Positions 9,097 to 19,522 of a DNA stretch of 64,000 nucleotides are shown here, piece after piece. Position numbers and translations under genes: made by a program. This stretch comes from Verrucomicrobiota bacterium. Lineage in GTDB: Bacteria; Verrucomicrobiota; Verrucomicrobiia; Opitutales; Cerasicoccaceae. The notes below the pieces were generated by a model. It did not search any database. It was not told the DNA's origin and saw only the letters and a program-made list of their open reading frames with translations. The number at the start of each line of letters is the position of its first letter. The stretch's first letter is position 1. The DNA is taken from assembly GCA_039818205.1 (NCBI GenBank), contig JBCBUK010000001.1, positions 96,001 through 160,000 of the forward strand, in the 5' to 3' direction.

Positions 9097-10134
9097 ATGA
9101 AACATGTATGTTGTAGGCCTAGTGGCCTACTCCTTATTGCGGCGATCTCAATCGGCGCTGGCTACCTACTCGGCCTTAGTCTAAAACGCTCAGAATCGGC
9201 TGTTTCAGGCCAGGATGCCTACCAATACATGGATGCGATCGAGGAAGACGCACAATCTAAGCTTTCACCCTACAACAACCTATTTGCTCCAAAGACTTTT
9301 TCCGCCGAAGAAATATGGAAATGGAAGGCGTATGACGCCTTCCTCGAACCCGAATTCAGCCTCACCAAGGGCGCCAACTGGTCGAGCCTGAGAACGATGC
9401 TTGACCAGGATCTTTACGGGACGCTTGATGCATTGGTTGCTCTGGACCTCGGCACGGCAATCGACGTCATAAGCCTACCGGTTTACCTTGGTCAGTATCT
9501 CTCGGAATTTAATTTCGCTGATGCCGTGACCATCACCGAACGGCTACAGAACGATCACTACTTATTTCAAACAACGATCGACGAACTGACCGTTGCCCTT
9601 ACTGATCAGCCCAATCGCGTATATGAAGTTAAGCGATACTATCAGGAGAATCCAGAAAACCCAGTTATCGAATCAAGTGCTCGACTGTTTGGAGCGCGCC
9701 TAAACGAGTTGGAAGGCGGCGTCGAAGCTGCATTGAACTATGCAACGACCCTTCCACCCGGCACAACCCGTGGACAGCTGATTGAAGGTGCGATTATCCC
9801 GTGGATTGATAGTAACCCGGCTCAAGCCGAAGCCTATCTCAATTCTATTGGGAACGCATCAAGCGGCGAACTCAATGGCTCCCATTCCATGGTGGCGATG
9901 TCCTATAGTTCCACCGGCAACTATCGCCAAGGACTCCAAGTTGCTGAAAATATTCCCGAATCACAAGATCGGTATAATGGCATATATGCAGTTGTCTGGG
10001 ACTGGGCTGAGAATGACTCATCTAGCCTCCATTCATTCGCTCAGGAACCGACCAATGCAATCGACGAGCAAACCAAAATCATCATTCAGTATGTCTTCGA
10101 GGACCAATTCGAAACCCGCAAATCGTTGCCCTAG
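9097..10134 (+). CDS. Hypothetical membrane-anchored alpha-helical repeat protein
   Basis: One N-terminal TM segment (LLLIAAISIGAGYLLG); acidic helical body with WIDSNP and WAEND repeats. Confidence 0.65.
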   Translation: MKHVCCRPSGLLLIAAISIGAGYLLGLSLKRSESAVSGQDAYQYMDAIEEDAQSKLSPYNNLFAPKTFSAEEIWKWKAYDAFLEPEFSLTKGANWSSLRTMLDQDLYGTLDALVALDLGTAIDVISLPVYLGQYLSEFNFADAVTITERLQNDHYLFQTTIDELTVALTDQPNRVYEVKRYYQENPENPVIESSARLFGARLNELEGGVEAALNYATTLPPGTTRGQLIEGAIIPWIDSNPAQAEAYLNSIGNASSGELNGSHSMVAMSYSSTGNYRQGLQVAENIPESQDRYNGIYAVVWDWAENDSSSLHSFAQEPTNAIDEQTKIIIQYVFEDQFETRKSLP

Positions 10135-11170
10135 CCGAGAGAATATTTCAACAAAGCATCTCGCACAGATTGGGGCTCTCACAATTGTATGCACAGGCGT
10201 TGGCTGGCTGCTATCGCCCACAGCCCAACCCATTACCGCCCCCCAGACTGAGAAACCTTCAGTCACATCAATCCAAGATGACGCCCTCCTCCTACCGAAT
10301 ACGATCGACGAGACGACGGCTATACGCTGGACAACATTCGACCTCGTAGCTCGGCTCGTATCAACCGAAAGCGACGCCGAGCGAAACCGTGCTGAGAAAC
10401 AGCTCCTCAGTATGCTGGAAGCGGATCCATATGAAACGATGAATCGATTGGGCCAAATTCCCGAAGCTCACAATGGAAGCCATGTTCTGCCAACGCTGCT
10501 GATGGATTTTCTGCCGTCGATGGAGATCGCGCAAGCAGGAGCGCTCATTGAACGACTAAAAGCCAATCCCGACCTCTATAGCACGGTGATCGATTATTGG
10601 GCTGAGAACGCAATCAGGCATGATTCATCCAACGATCAAGCGTTCTATAATTGGGTTGTCCAGAAAGCCGATGATCCGCTGGCTGCAAATGGGCTTGCGA
10701 ATGCGATGGGCTATATAATGCATCGCGATGGCAAACAGATCGAAACACTCAACGAAGCTTGGGACCTCACCCTCTCACTACCAGATGGAGCCGTTCGTCG
10801 CAAGATTCTCGAGAGCACGCTCGACCAATTCTTAGACAAAGAGAACATCGGAAAGGTAGAATCATTGATAGAGGAGCTCCCGTCTCACCCAGAACATGAC
10901 GAGGTTTTCGCACGCTATGCGGAAACAATGAGTGACTATGAGCTAGAGCGCCCCATGCAGTATCTGAATAGTATTCAAAACCAGGGAGTTTGGGATCGGG
11001 TATTCTACACAATTGTCGGGAAATGGGCCGAGCGTGACATTGCCTCGCTGGGAAACTGGCTCGTAAATAACCACCAGGCATTTTCCGACGATGAGTTAGA
11101 TCATGTAAACCGCATACTAGCTGACCATCAGATCGAACCGCTCATCGAAATCGACTACGTTGACGAGTAG
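10091..11170 (+). CDS. Hypothetical membrane-anchored alpha-helical repeat protein (paralog-like of the upstream gene); start uncertain
   Basis: TM segment IGALTIVCTGVGWLL; WAEN and WAERD repeats. LPDGAVRRKILE resembles LPPGTTRGQLIE in the upstream protein. Confidence 0.65.
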   Translation: MSSRTNSKPANRCPSRENISTKHLAQIGALTIVCTGVGWLLSPTAQPITAPQTEKPSVTSIQDDALLLPNTIDETTAIRWTTFDLVARLVSTESDAERNRAEKQLLSMLEADPYETMNRLGQIPEAHNGSHVLPTLLMDFLPSMEIAQAGALIERLKANPDLYSTVIDYWAENAIRHDSSNDQAFYNWVVQKADDPLAANGLANAMGYIMHRDGKQIETLNEAWDLTLSLPDGAVRRKILESTLDQFLDKENIGKVESLIEELPSHPEHDEVFARYAETMSDYELERPMQYLNSIQNQGVWDRVFYTIVGKWAERDIASLGNWLVNNHQAFSDDELDHVNRILADHQIEPLIEIDYVDE

Positions 11171-11198
11171 ACCAATGCATTCACATAATGACGGTGTG

Positions 11199-12773
11199 CT
11201 ATCCCGGATATGAGATTAACTCTGGGTGTCGCTTTGTGTCTGCCCAGGCGTCACCGGCTCGCTGCAAACGCATACCGAGCTCCGACTTGAGTAATTCATA
11301 GTCGGCCACATCAATGTCATTCGGATCGAGTCGATTCAGTTGGTAGGGATCCTCAACATTATCGATTAGCTCGATATCACCGCTATCTCCGTGCACGACA
11401 TAGGTATAGCGATCGGTGCGCACGCCTTTGCTTCGGCTACTTAGATACAGTGCAGACTTGGGTTTCGGATGGGAATTAAAGTTATTTTTCATCAGGCCAT
11501 CGGCATAGTTGACGCCGTCTACCGTATAGGGGATTCGGTCACCAAGGCCCATCATTCCCAGTATACTCGGCATTATATCCACTGATTCGATCAGGAGATC
11601 CTCAGAGCTTGGTTTTAGTTTGTCCGGATAACGGATGAGGAACGGCACCAAGAAAGATTCATCCTGGTGGACGCCCTTCCCCATCCGCCCGTGGCTCCCC
11701 ATCATCTCCCCATGATCCGCGGTAAATACAACAATCGTATTGTCGGCCTCTCCAGAGGCCTCCAACGCATCTAAGATTCGCCCAAGTTGCCGATCAATTC
11801 CAGTGACGAGCGCGTAATAGACGGCTGCACATTTTTCAGGGTCATACTTTTTGTTACTCTCATTCACGACCTCCGCAACATTCTCGCGATACAACTGATC
11901 CGCCAGAGGCATATCCTCGTAGTACTTCTCGTAAATGTCCTTCTCGCAATCATCCGGAGAGAAATACGGATTGTGCGGTGGGTTAGGCGACCAAATGATG
12001 CTGAACGGCTTACCGCCCTCGCGCTCGCCATTCTGATTTTCCAGATACTGCACGATCACATCTGCCTCCACTTCGGGAGCAAATTGTTCCTGCAAGAAAG
12101 GCTGCCCATCTTCCTTTCCCCCGACGAGATCTGGCTGGTTTGAATAACTCAATGCCGAAAAGTGTTCGTCACGAATATGCTGGTACCAAAACTTGTTTCC
12201 GTGACGGCCAGGGCCAGGCGGGATGTAGGTATCAAATTCGTTCGCATAGTGGCCACCCGGTGGCTCCGTGGTGCCGACGTAGTTGAACTCCTTGTCAAAC
12301 AGCGGCTCAGTGCGCTCCCAATGGGTTTTACCAACATAAGCAGTCTCGTAACCATTTTCGCTCAAAACATCAGTGAAACAGGTGATGTCGTGGTGGATTC
12401 CGAGTTTACGCCCGGAACGACAATTCATCCCCTCGACGCCATTGCGGCTGGGATACATGCCAGTCATCAACATTGCACGATGTGGACTGCAAAGCGGATG
12501 GGTACTGGAAGCCTGAGTAAAGACCACACTTTCTTCAGCCAACTGGTCGAGATTCGGTGTGACCACCGGATCCGTCTCAGTGCGGAGCAAATGACTAAAT
12601 CCAGGCTTCTTCCAAAAACCCATTGCATGCATCCGCATCTGATCCGGAAACACGTAAAGCAGATTTGGCTTCTTAGTTGTCGGCGATGAATCGCCTATCT
12701 GCGCAAGCAATGACTTCGAGGCCAAATAGCTAGTACCGGCCAAGAGGCCTTGGGTAAACGTTCTTCGATTCAT
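11199..12773 (-). CDS. S1 sulfatase with Tat-type signal
   Basis: MNRRTF twin-arginine signal; PNLLYVFPDQ, CSPHRAMLMTG, GKTH, PPHNPY, FTADHG. Confidence 0.93.
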   Translation of the reverse strand: MNRRTFTQGLLAGTSYLASKSLLAQIGDSSPTTKKPNLLYVFPDQMRMHAMGFWKKPGFSHLLRTETDPVVTPNLDQLAEESVVFTQASSTHPLCSPHRAMLMTGMYPSRNGVEGMNCRSGRKLGIHHDITCFTDVLSENGYETAYVGKTHWERTEPLFDKEFNYVGTTEPPGGHYANEFDTYIPPGPGRHGNKFWYQHIRDEHFSALSYSNQPDLVGGKEDGQPFLQEQFAPEVEADVIVQYLENQNGEREGGKPFSIIWSPNPPHNPYFSPDDCEKDIYEKYYEDMPLADQLYRENVAEVVNESNKKYDPEKCAAVYYALVTGIDRQLGRILDALEASGEADNTIVVFTADHGEMMGSHGRMGKGVHQDESFLVPFLIRYPDKLKPSSEDLLIESVDIMPSILGMMGLGDRIPYTVDGVNYADGLMKNNFNSHPKPKSALYLSSRSKGVRTDRYTYVVHGDSGDIELIDNVEDPYQLNRLDPNDIDVADYELLKSELGMRLQRAGDAWADTKRHPELISYPG

Positions 12774-12777
12774 TCTG

Positions 12778-15700
12778 CTAGGTCTCCTGTGCGGTTAAAA
12801 CAATCTCAGTGCTCAGGCCATCTCGACATTCAAACTCGATCACGGTTAAGTCGTCATCACTAGAAATAATGGTCGGCTGGCTCTGCGCGGTTTCCATGGG
12901 CACCACAAGGTCTGAAATTTCCCAACGCCCCTTCAACGCAAGGCGAACGTGATGCGGACGGCTGGGCCAGAAAAACCACTCACGCTCGTAGATTGACAGT
13001 TCAATTCGCGAGCCATCCGGCAAACGATCCTCCTGTCCATCGTATATATTTAGATCTGGGTCGGCCAACGAGAGGCGTAAAGTTCCTTCCTCTTCTTTCA
13101 ATAGAAACACAGCCTGCTTACTGACCTCAACAACCAAGCCAGAATCAAACTTCGCACCTTGCGGCGAATAGACAGCATATGCAGTTGAGTTCTCTTCGGA
13201 CGAATGAACCACATGAGCGATACTATCGTGCTGAACAACAGCGATGCTTGGTTGCTTAGTGAAGGTCTTCATCTCTTCTTCATTCGTTGCCGCTAGCAAT
13301 ACATATTCGTAGCTCGCTTGTTTGGGCGCTATACCATGATCAATCCAAGCAACCGTAAAATCTCCGCTGACCGACTCCTCAAAGTTTGAATCAGGATTTG
13401 TCTGCTCAGCTCGCGTTAGTTGAACCGTAGCTTGCGGGAAATAGAATCCGGTTCCGCGATTATCGATCACCCAATTGGGCTGTGTATCCTCCAACACGTC
13501 ATCGAATGGAAACCGGTCAACCTTTGATCCATTCACGATGATCGGCTCAATCGTCTCAGCCAGGCTGTTTTGGAATATTGTCGTCTCGACCGGATAGCCC
13601 TCAACGTCGCTTTCAATATCGGAACCAAGACATACGACTTTATTACCAAAGAAGAACCAAGTCTTCTTACCAGAGAACGACTCAAGATCGTATTTGTCGT
13701 GACCAGTAAACTGGAACACTTGTATACCTGCCCCGTAGGTGGATTCGACTCCACCAGAGAACGCTTGATCGCTAAAGATGTATTCGCCAGCTTCATCGCG
13801 AACCTGCCCCACGCGAGTGGCAATCTTCTCAAAGGGCAACTTAACGGTTGTCGCACCGGGGATTCGACACCAGTCGATTCCTGCATTCCAGATGTCGCTG
13901 CCGGATGTAGGCGTCAAGCTATCGATCGAATCAGGATAGGAAACATCTAGATAACCATTTGCGATAAACTGGGGAAAGGCGAAGTAGTTACGTCCCCAGC
14001 TCTCAAATGCGTAGACAAATTTGCTGTGACCTCGGGCCGTGATCATCCAATCGCCACCGCGACGCTTGAAACCAACACAAGAATATGGAAGCATACGGAA
14101 ACCGTTGAGCGGCTCGTAGCTATCGTCGAAGAGATCGTGCATGTTCCGAAACGAATTCGGACTCTTGTAGTTCGAGAAGCGAATCGATGCGAAGGCTTTA
14201 GGAGTCATCCAGTCATCGGTAAACAATCCATCATAGTAGGTTGTCGCTACCTTGGCGATCCGCTTCCGAGCATTCTCGGTCGCCCGAAACTGGGTATCTT
14301 TCAGGATGTCGTAGGTTCGCGCTGCCCCAAAGATTGCCCGGCCGCCATAACCATAGGCATGCCCGCCATGGTGGAAAATGGTGCCATCTGGCTTAAAGGT
14401 TTCATCCAACGCGTTCGCATAGGCAGTCGAAACTTCCGAGAAGAAGTGCGAGAATTGACGCAGATCACGAACCTTCTCTGGAGAATCCGGCATCATCAAG
14501 GCACACAACAAACGCGAGGCTAACAAGCCCTGCATATCATCGGCATCACAGGCCTTACGGCCTTGCCATCCGTAAGCCATATCCGGACGGTATACCTGGT
14601 TAAAACCGTGGAACCATTTGCAAATTTCGACCGCCTTATCCAATCGTTCGTTGCGGGCAAGTGGTTCGCGCATGAGAAACATCGCTGGGGCAATCTCGCG
14701 AATCTCATAAGAATAGTGGTGGATCCACCCCAAGCCGGCTCCATGATCGAAGCCTTGATCCACTCCATAGTCGAAGAGATTGATAAACATCTCTTCCAAA
14801 CGGTTCTTCGCCTCTTGGGATTTGGTGCAATGCCAGGCCCGCGCAATCGATAGAAGCATGGGTCCGAATTCACGCTTCCAAGTCATCGTATCAGGCATCA
14901 ACTCCTCTTTAGCCAAACCGAGCTCGGAAAAATACTCGGTCATGACATTTGTTTTCAACAACGGGCGACCGTATATGTTGTCACCATCGCGACGAATACC
15001 GAAAGCTGAGAAACGCTTTTCGATACCCTTCATTTTGTCATCGTTCCAGCGTTCGCATTCAGCTTTAGAAAGCCACTGATTGGTCGCCTGATCCTCAACC
15101 TGGCGAAGGTCCGCGAGAATTGCATCCGTCAGTGGTTCAACCGGCTCCGTTGACCGCTGCTGGCTTGCCCAATAGAGGAAATGCTCGTATTGAGAAACCA
15201 ACCGCGGGTGAGGATCAATGGATGGCAACTGAGGATTACCTCCAACGGTTCGCGGATTGATCGGCAAACCAAATCCAAAGGTGTCGAAGTAGAACGTTCC
15301 GCTACCGGTATTGGGAGCATTGATAGTCAACCGATCCATGTCCTCGTGTGGCACACCCTTCATATCTCCTCGATCAAAGGTTAGCCAGATAGTCCGCCAG
15401 CCTTTAAAGTTGAGGTTATAGTCGAACCAACAATCCACTTCGTCACCGCGTCCGAACTCAATGCGTAAGCGTTGAGGCCTTGCTTCGTCATTGTAAACCC
15501 ACACGAAAAATCCACGTGGTGGTTCCAAGATCTGGCCAGCACTCGAGTCCGTGTGCTCAAGTGCACCTCCACCCTCGCTGATCGGCTGTTGTTTCCGATA
15601 ACCAATTGGCCGGTCAAAGATAAAACGGTCATTGCCCTGCCAGTCCCAGCGAACAGATTTCGCACCGTGCTTGATCCGATCCTGATCAAGCTCCAGTTGC

Positions 15701-15843
15701 CCGGTTGCTGAAAGTCCTTCAGGAATGCCATCTTCGAAACTTTCGAGAATCTGAAAATCCGACGACACTTTATCGGCACCGAGAGCCGAAGATGCCCCCA
15801 ACGCCACAATGAATGTGAAGACTGAACGATACATTTGGAACAT
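12778..15843 (-). CDS. Chondroitinase ABC-like polysaccharide lyase (PL8)
   Basis: N-terminal domain LNFKGWRTIW; HHYSY; KPDGTIFHHGGHAYGYG (catalytic His/Tyr region); DWCRIPGAT; KTWFFFGNKVVCLGSDI; WIDHG; LSLADPDL. Confidence 0.88.
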   Translation of the reverse strand: MFQMYRSVFTFIVALGASSALGADKVSSDFQILESFEDGIPEGLSATGQLELDQDRIKHGAKSVRWDWQGNDRFIFDRPIGYRKQQPISEGGGALEHTDSSAGQILEPPRGFFVWVYNDEARPQRLRIEFGRGDEVDCWFDYNLNFKGWRTIWLTFDRGDMKGVPHEDMDRLTINAPNTGSGTFYFDTFGFGLPINPRTVGGNPQLPSIDPHPRLVSQYEHFLYWASQQRSTEPVEPLTDAILADLRQVEDQATNQWLSKAECERWNDDKMKGIEKRFSAFGIRRDGDNIYGRPLLKTNVMTEYFSELGLAKEELMPDTMTWKREFGPMLLSIARAWHCTKSQEAKNRLEEMFINLFDYGVDQGFDHGAGLGWIHHYSYEIREIAPAMFLMREPLARNERLDKAVEICKWFHGFNQVYRPDMAYGWQGRKACDADDMQGLLASRLLCALMMPDSPEKVRDLRQFSHFFSEVSTAYANALDETFKPDGTIFHHGGHAYGYGGRAIFGAARTYDILKDTQFRATENARKRIAKVATTYYDGLFTDDWMTPKAFASIRFSNYKSPNSFRNMHDLFDDSYEPLNGFRMLPYSCVGFKRRGGDWMITARGHSKFVYAFESWGRNYFAFPQFIANGYLDVSYPDSIDSLTPTSGSDIWNAGIDWCRIPGATTVKLPFEKIATRVGQVRDEAGEYIFSDQAFSGGVESTYGAGIQVFQFTGHDKYDLESFSGKKTWFFFGNKVVCLGSDIESDVEGYPVETTIFQNSLAETIEPIIVNGSKVDRFPFDDVLEDTQPNWVIDNRGTGFYFPQATVQLTRAEQTNPDSNFEESVSGDFTVAWIDHGIAPKQASYEYVLLAATNEEEMKTFTKQPSIAVVQHDSIAHVVHSSEENSTAYAVYSPQGAKFDSGLVVEVSKQAVFLLKEEEGTLRLSLADPDLNIYDGQEDRLPDGSRIELSIYEREWFFWPSRPHHVRLALKGRWEISDLVVPMETAQSQPTIISSDDDLTVIEFECRDGLSTEIVLTAQET

Positions 15844-17337
15844 TTAGTTAAGTTCGATTTTAAACACTGTCGCGATGTCGTTCATGTCAGCGTCTGGAAC
15901 GGTCAGAATAAAATTCCGCAAGGCAAAGTGCCAGGGCACTTCGACATCAGTTCCCAAAAGAGTAATACGCTTAAACCCTTCGGCTGGATAGAAGTCGTGC
16001 TTCGCGAGCCCGCGAATCTCAATCTCGCTCCCGACTTCGGGCTTTCCTAACATAAACAAGTAAAGGTATCGCCCGTCTTTCGATTGTAGCAATCGCCCAT
16101 CGTCCGCCGTGTACTCCGTCGTAACTGCCTGGCCTCCGAAATGTCCATCCTTCGCCTTAGCTTTTCCAAAGCCGTAGAACTCAAAGGGACGTGTTTCGTA
16201 GACTGCTTCTGCGTGCTCGTGCATCCACTCGCCGATCTCTCCCAGGATCTTCCGTTGCTCTTCGGGGATGATTCCTTCAGCAGTAGGTGAGACATTTAGG
16301 AGGACGATCCCGTTCTTACTCCAGACATCGATCATGTTGCGAACAATCAACTCAGCCGGTTTATATTTCTGGCCCTCAATATAACTCCAAGACTCCGTGC
16401 TTAAGGTAAAATCAGTCAACCAGATGGACTCAGAAAGGTCTTTCTTACCTCCGGATTCAATATCGAGCACGCCGACAGTGTTCGGTAAATCATTCTGTTT
16501 ATACGCAAGGACGACTTCCTGCCCTTCTTTCTTCGCCGCATTTAAGTAGTAAGCCGTAAACTCCTGCCGTTTGCTTTCAGGGATAAGATTCAACCAGGAG
16601 TCAAACCAAACGATATCCGGTGAATATTGATCCACCACTTCGACCAACTGATCCATCCAGTATTGGTTAAAGTCCTCTTCGGACATATTGCCGTACAACT
16701 TGGCCAACTCTGGATCGGTCGAGGAAGTCGCGAAATCAGGGTGATACTTAAAATGGCTATTGTAGCCGCCCCAGTTCTCAGGGTCGTCCGCATAGCGTTG
16801 TCCATTGCGCGCATGGTGGAAAGTCGTGATAAACTTCAAGCCCTCACCTTTGATCGCCGTCTCCAGCTCTCCGGTTAGGTCCTTCCCGGGTCCTTTGTTG
16901 TAGGAGTTCCACGGGTTCACTTCACTGCGCCAAAGCGCATAGCCGTCATGGTGCTGAGCACAGGGACCTGCGAACTTAGCACCGGTGGCCTTGAATAGCT
17001 CAGCCCATTCTTCCGCATCGAAATGTTCAGCGGTGAACATCGGAACGAAATCATGGTAGTTGAAGTCCTTCGGGTCCCCGTAGGTCTCGCGGTGGTGTTT
17101 TTCAACCGGGTGGCCATCATCTCGGTACATGTGCCACGGATACCACTCGCTACCGAAGGCCGGAACGGTATGAACGCCCCAGGTAAAATAGATTCCGAGC
17201 TTCGCATCGGCAAACCATTCCGGCGCCTCGTTGTGAGCCGAGAGTGATTCCCAGTCCGCTGTATACTCGGAATACAGCAAAGGCGTGAAGATTGAGAAGC
17301 TTGCGATTAATTGGAGTTTTAGCTTTGTTTTCATCAT
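15844..17337 (-). CDS. Alpha-L-fucosidase, GH29 (signal peptide)
   Basis: WFADAKLGIYFTWG, QHHDGY, VWFDS, DVWSKNGIVLLN. Start placed at MMKTKL. Confidence 0.92.
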   Translation of the reverse strand: MMKTKLKLQLIASFSIFTPLLYSEYTADWESLSAHNEAPEWFADAKLGIYFTWGVHTVPAFGSEWYPWHMYRDDGHPVEKHHRETYGDPKDFNYHDFVPMFTAEHFDAEEWAELFKATGAKFAGPCAQHHDGYALWRSEVNPWNSYNKGPGKDLTGELETAIKGEGLKFITTFHHARNGQRYADDPENWGGYNSHFKYHPDFATSSTDPELAKLYGNMSEEDFNQYWMDQLVEVVDQYSPDIVWFDSWLNLIPESKRQEFTAYYLNAAKKEGQEVVLAYKQNDLPNTVGVLDIESGGKKDLSESIWLTDFTLSTESWSYIEGQKYKPAELIVRNMIDVWSKNGIVLLNVSPTAEGIIPEEQRKILGEIGEWMHEHAEAVYETRPFEFYGFGKAKAKDGHFGGQAVTTEYTADDGRLLQSKDGRYLYLFMLGKPEVGSEIEIRGLAKHDFYPAEGFKRITLLGTDVEVPWHFALRNFILTVPDADMNDIATVFKIELN

Positions 17338-17405
17338 CAAATTCAGAAAGAGGATTTCGTTGATCGCTTGACTTGCTTTACCCGTGGAAACCAACGCCTC
17401 GGTCA

Positions 17406-19433
17406 CTACTTATCGAGTAAGTTGGGATTCACGTGTGGTTCCGCATCCTTAGAAAACTCATGTTGCAAAAGCGCCATAAGTCTCTCGACTTGTTCCGGAT
17501 AATCTCCTGCGCGGTCCACACTCTCGGAGGGATCCACTGCTAGATTATAGAGTTCGGGAGAAGCATTCTTGGTGTTCGGTGTATCCGCGTGCAGAACCAG
17601 CTTCCAACCATTGTTCATGAGAGCTAGATTCCGTGGTGTACGCCAATAAAACGTTTCCGAGGCACGAATGACATCCTCTGATTCAAGGGGCCTATCCGAG
17701 TCAACAGAGCTGGCGCCATCGGCAAGGTTCACTATGATCCCATATAAATCCTCGATGATTACCGGTGACTCCCAACTCTCGCTTGGTAGTGTCCCTTGCC
17801 AATAGAGAAACGCAGGCACCTTAACGCCTCCGTTGTAAGGACTCGCTTTCCATCCGCGTAGGTCACCAGTGTCTCCGTAGTGCCCGTCATTGCCGTAGAA
17901 GTTCACCTCGTGAAAGTCCTCGGGTATATACCATTTTTTGCCAGGAGATGAAGGGCCATTGTCGCTGAAAAAGACGATCAACGTTTCATCGAACAGGTTC
18001 TTTCGCTCGAGAGCCTCGACGATTTGCGCAATTGAATTGTCGATTTGCGTCATCATCCCGGCGTACCCTTGGCGGGTATTTGTGTCGTATTTGCCCTCAT
18101 AAATGGCGGACCAATCAGGATCAACCTGGATCGGAACGTGCGGCGCGGTGTAGCTCAAACACAGAAAAAATGGATCGCCTCCAACGTTTTCGAGGTAACG
18201 AAGTGCATCCTTAGTGATCAAATCGGTCGTATGGCCCTCCTCTCGAGGCGCAATTTCATGGTCCCGAAACCAATCGTAGCCAGTCTCTGGATTCTCTCGT
18301 GTGTATTGATCCGTCCAACCACCACGCAGACCAAAATGATAGTCGAAGCCTTGAGCAAGCGGTGCAAATTCTGACTCAACACCCAAGTGCCATTTGCCAA
18401 TCAATGCGGTATGATACCCATGAGATTGCAAAACCTCCGGGAGGGTTTCGACATCGGCTGGAATCCCGTAGTTGTCGTCATGTTGAATCGGGTAAACGAT
18501 TCCTAGTTCGCTCGGTGCCTTTCCAGAAAAGAACGCAGCGCGCGACGGAGTACACGTTGAATACGCGTAAAAATCCATCAATCTGATACCACCCTCCGCA
18601 AGCCGGTCGATTGTTGGTGTCTCTATATCGCCCCCATGGTAACCGACGTCTTTCCAGCCGGCATCATCCAAAATAATGGCGACGATATTCGGCTGAGGAG
18701 CTTTTTCATAGACCCGGATATTGCTGTATTGGCTGCTGCGGGTCCACATGTGTCGAAACCCAACGCGACCGGTGTCGACCGGCGGATACTTTGACGTGTC
18801 CCATTCAAACTCGTGAACTTCGTCATCACGCTCAGCAACAAAGGTCAGTCGATGACCAATCTTGGTTGCGGTAATATGCCAAGTTTCTCCAGGAGAGAAC
18901 AAATCAATATCTCGGTATATCGGCTGAACCTGAGTCCCCGTCTGAAAGTCCTTCAGGTCGGCGGCAGGATAACGTCGTGCTGAAACATATCGCCCATCGG
19001 TCGCATAAGAAACATGCAAAGAATTCATGTTCAGGAAATAGTATTTCATCCAGGGCTCACGGCGCTGTTCAGTGGATAGAAATATGTCCGTGGGCGCCGC
19101 TTCAGTGCCCAAACCGGTTGCCTGAATATATAGAATGTTGACTCCCGCATCGAGGTTCTCGTCGAGACGGGTGTAGTCATATTCAACCTTAATGTCTCCC
19201 TCGAAGGACTGCTTTGTCCACAATACTGCATGACTCGCATGTTCGCGGAGATTTGGACCCGCCGAGAAGGTCATTCCATTTTCCGAATTCTCTACTGACG
19301 CTTTATCTCCTTCAAGGAACCACTTTGTATTCCATGCACTCGCCCCCGCATCGTCAAAGACGAGCTGCCATTCATTCGCGTGAGCTGACAGGGAAAGAAT
19401 GAAGAACGATACGTAGAACAAACGTCTCATCAT
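17406..19433 (-). CDS. Fusion of a DUF1961/YesU-like domain and an S1 arylsulfatase
   Basis: aa ~20-243: HAVLWTKQSFEGDIKVEYDYTR...GRVGFRHMWTRSSQYSNIRV. Then PNIVAIILDDAG, CTPSRAAF, GKWHLG, APHVP, SDNG. Confidence 0.85.
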   Translation of the reverse strand: MMRRLFYVSFFILSLSAHANEWQLVFDDAGASAWNTKWFLEGDKASVENSENGMTFSAGPNLREHASHAVLWTKQSFEGDIKVEYDYTRLDENLDAGVNILYIQATGLGTEAAPTDIFLSTEQRREPWMKYYFLNMNSLHVSYATDGRYVSARRYPAADLKDFQTGTQVQPIYRDIDLFSPGETWHITATKIGHRLTFVAERDDEVHEFEWDTSKYPPVDTGRVGFRHMWTRSSQYSNIRVYEKAPQPNIVAIILDDAGWKDVGYHGGDIETPTIDRLAEGGIRLMDFYAYSTCTPSRAAFFSGKAPSELGIVYPIQHDDNYGIPADVETLPEVLQSHGYHTALIGKWHLGVESEFAPLAQGFDYHFGLRGGWTDQYTRENPETGYDWFRDHEIAPREEGHTTDLITKDALRYLENVGGDPFFLCLSYTAPHVPIQVDPDWSAIYEGKYDTNTRQGYAGMMTQIDNSIAQIVEALERKNLFDETLIVFFSDNGPSSPGKKWYIPEDFHEVNFYGNDGHYGDTGDLRGWKASPYNGGVKVPAFLYWQGTLPSESWESPVIIEDLYGIIVNLADGASSVDSDRPLESEDVIRASETFYWRTPRNLALMNNGWKLVLHADTPNTKNASPELYNLAVDPSESVDRAGDYPEQVERLMALLQHEFSKDAEPHVNPNLLDK

Positions 19434-19462
19434 GCTATGGATGCGGTAACGCGAGAGGCTTT

Positions 19463-19496
19463 AAAAAACCCCTACCATGCACTTGGTAGAGGTTTT
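19463..19496 (-). terminator. Intrinsic terminator after the PEP-CTERM gene
   Basis: Minus strand AAAACCTCTACCA-agtgca-TGGTAGGGGTTTTTT (one G-U pair, U tract). Confidence 0.75.
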
Positions 19497-19522
19497 GAAA
19501 AATAATCTCTAACCCCAGGGGA

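Noticed and set aside
9782..10134. Long overlap or possible programmed frameshift fusing the two helical-repeat genes
   Set aside because: Each gene has its own N-terminal TM segment, ATG 10091 gives only a 44-nt overlap, and no slippery site was seen.
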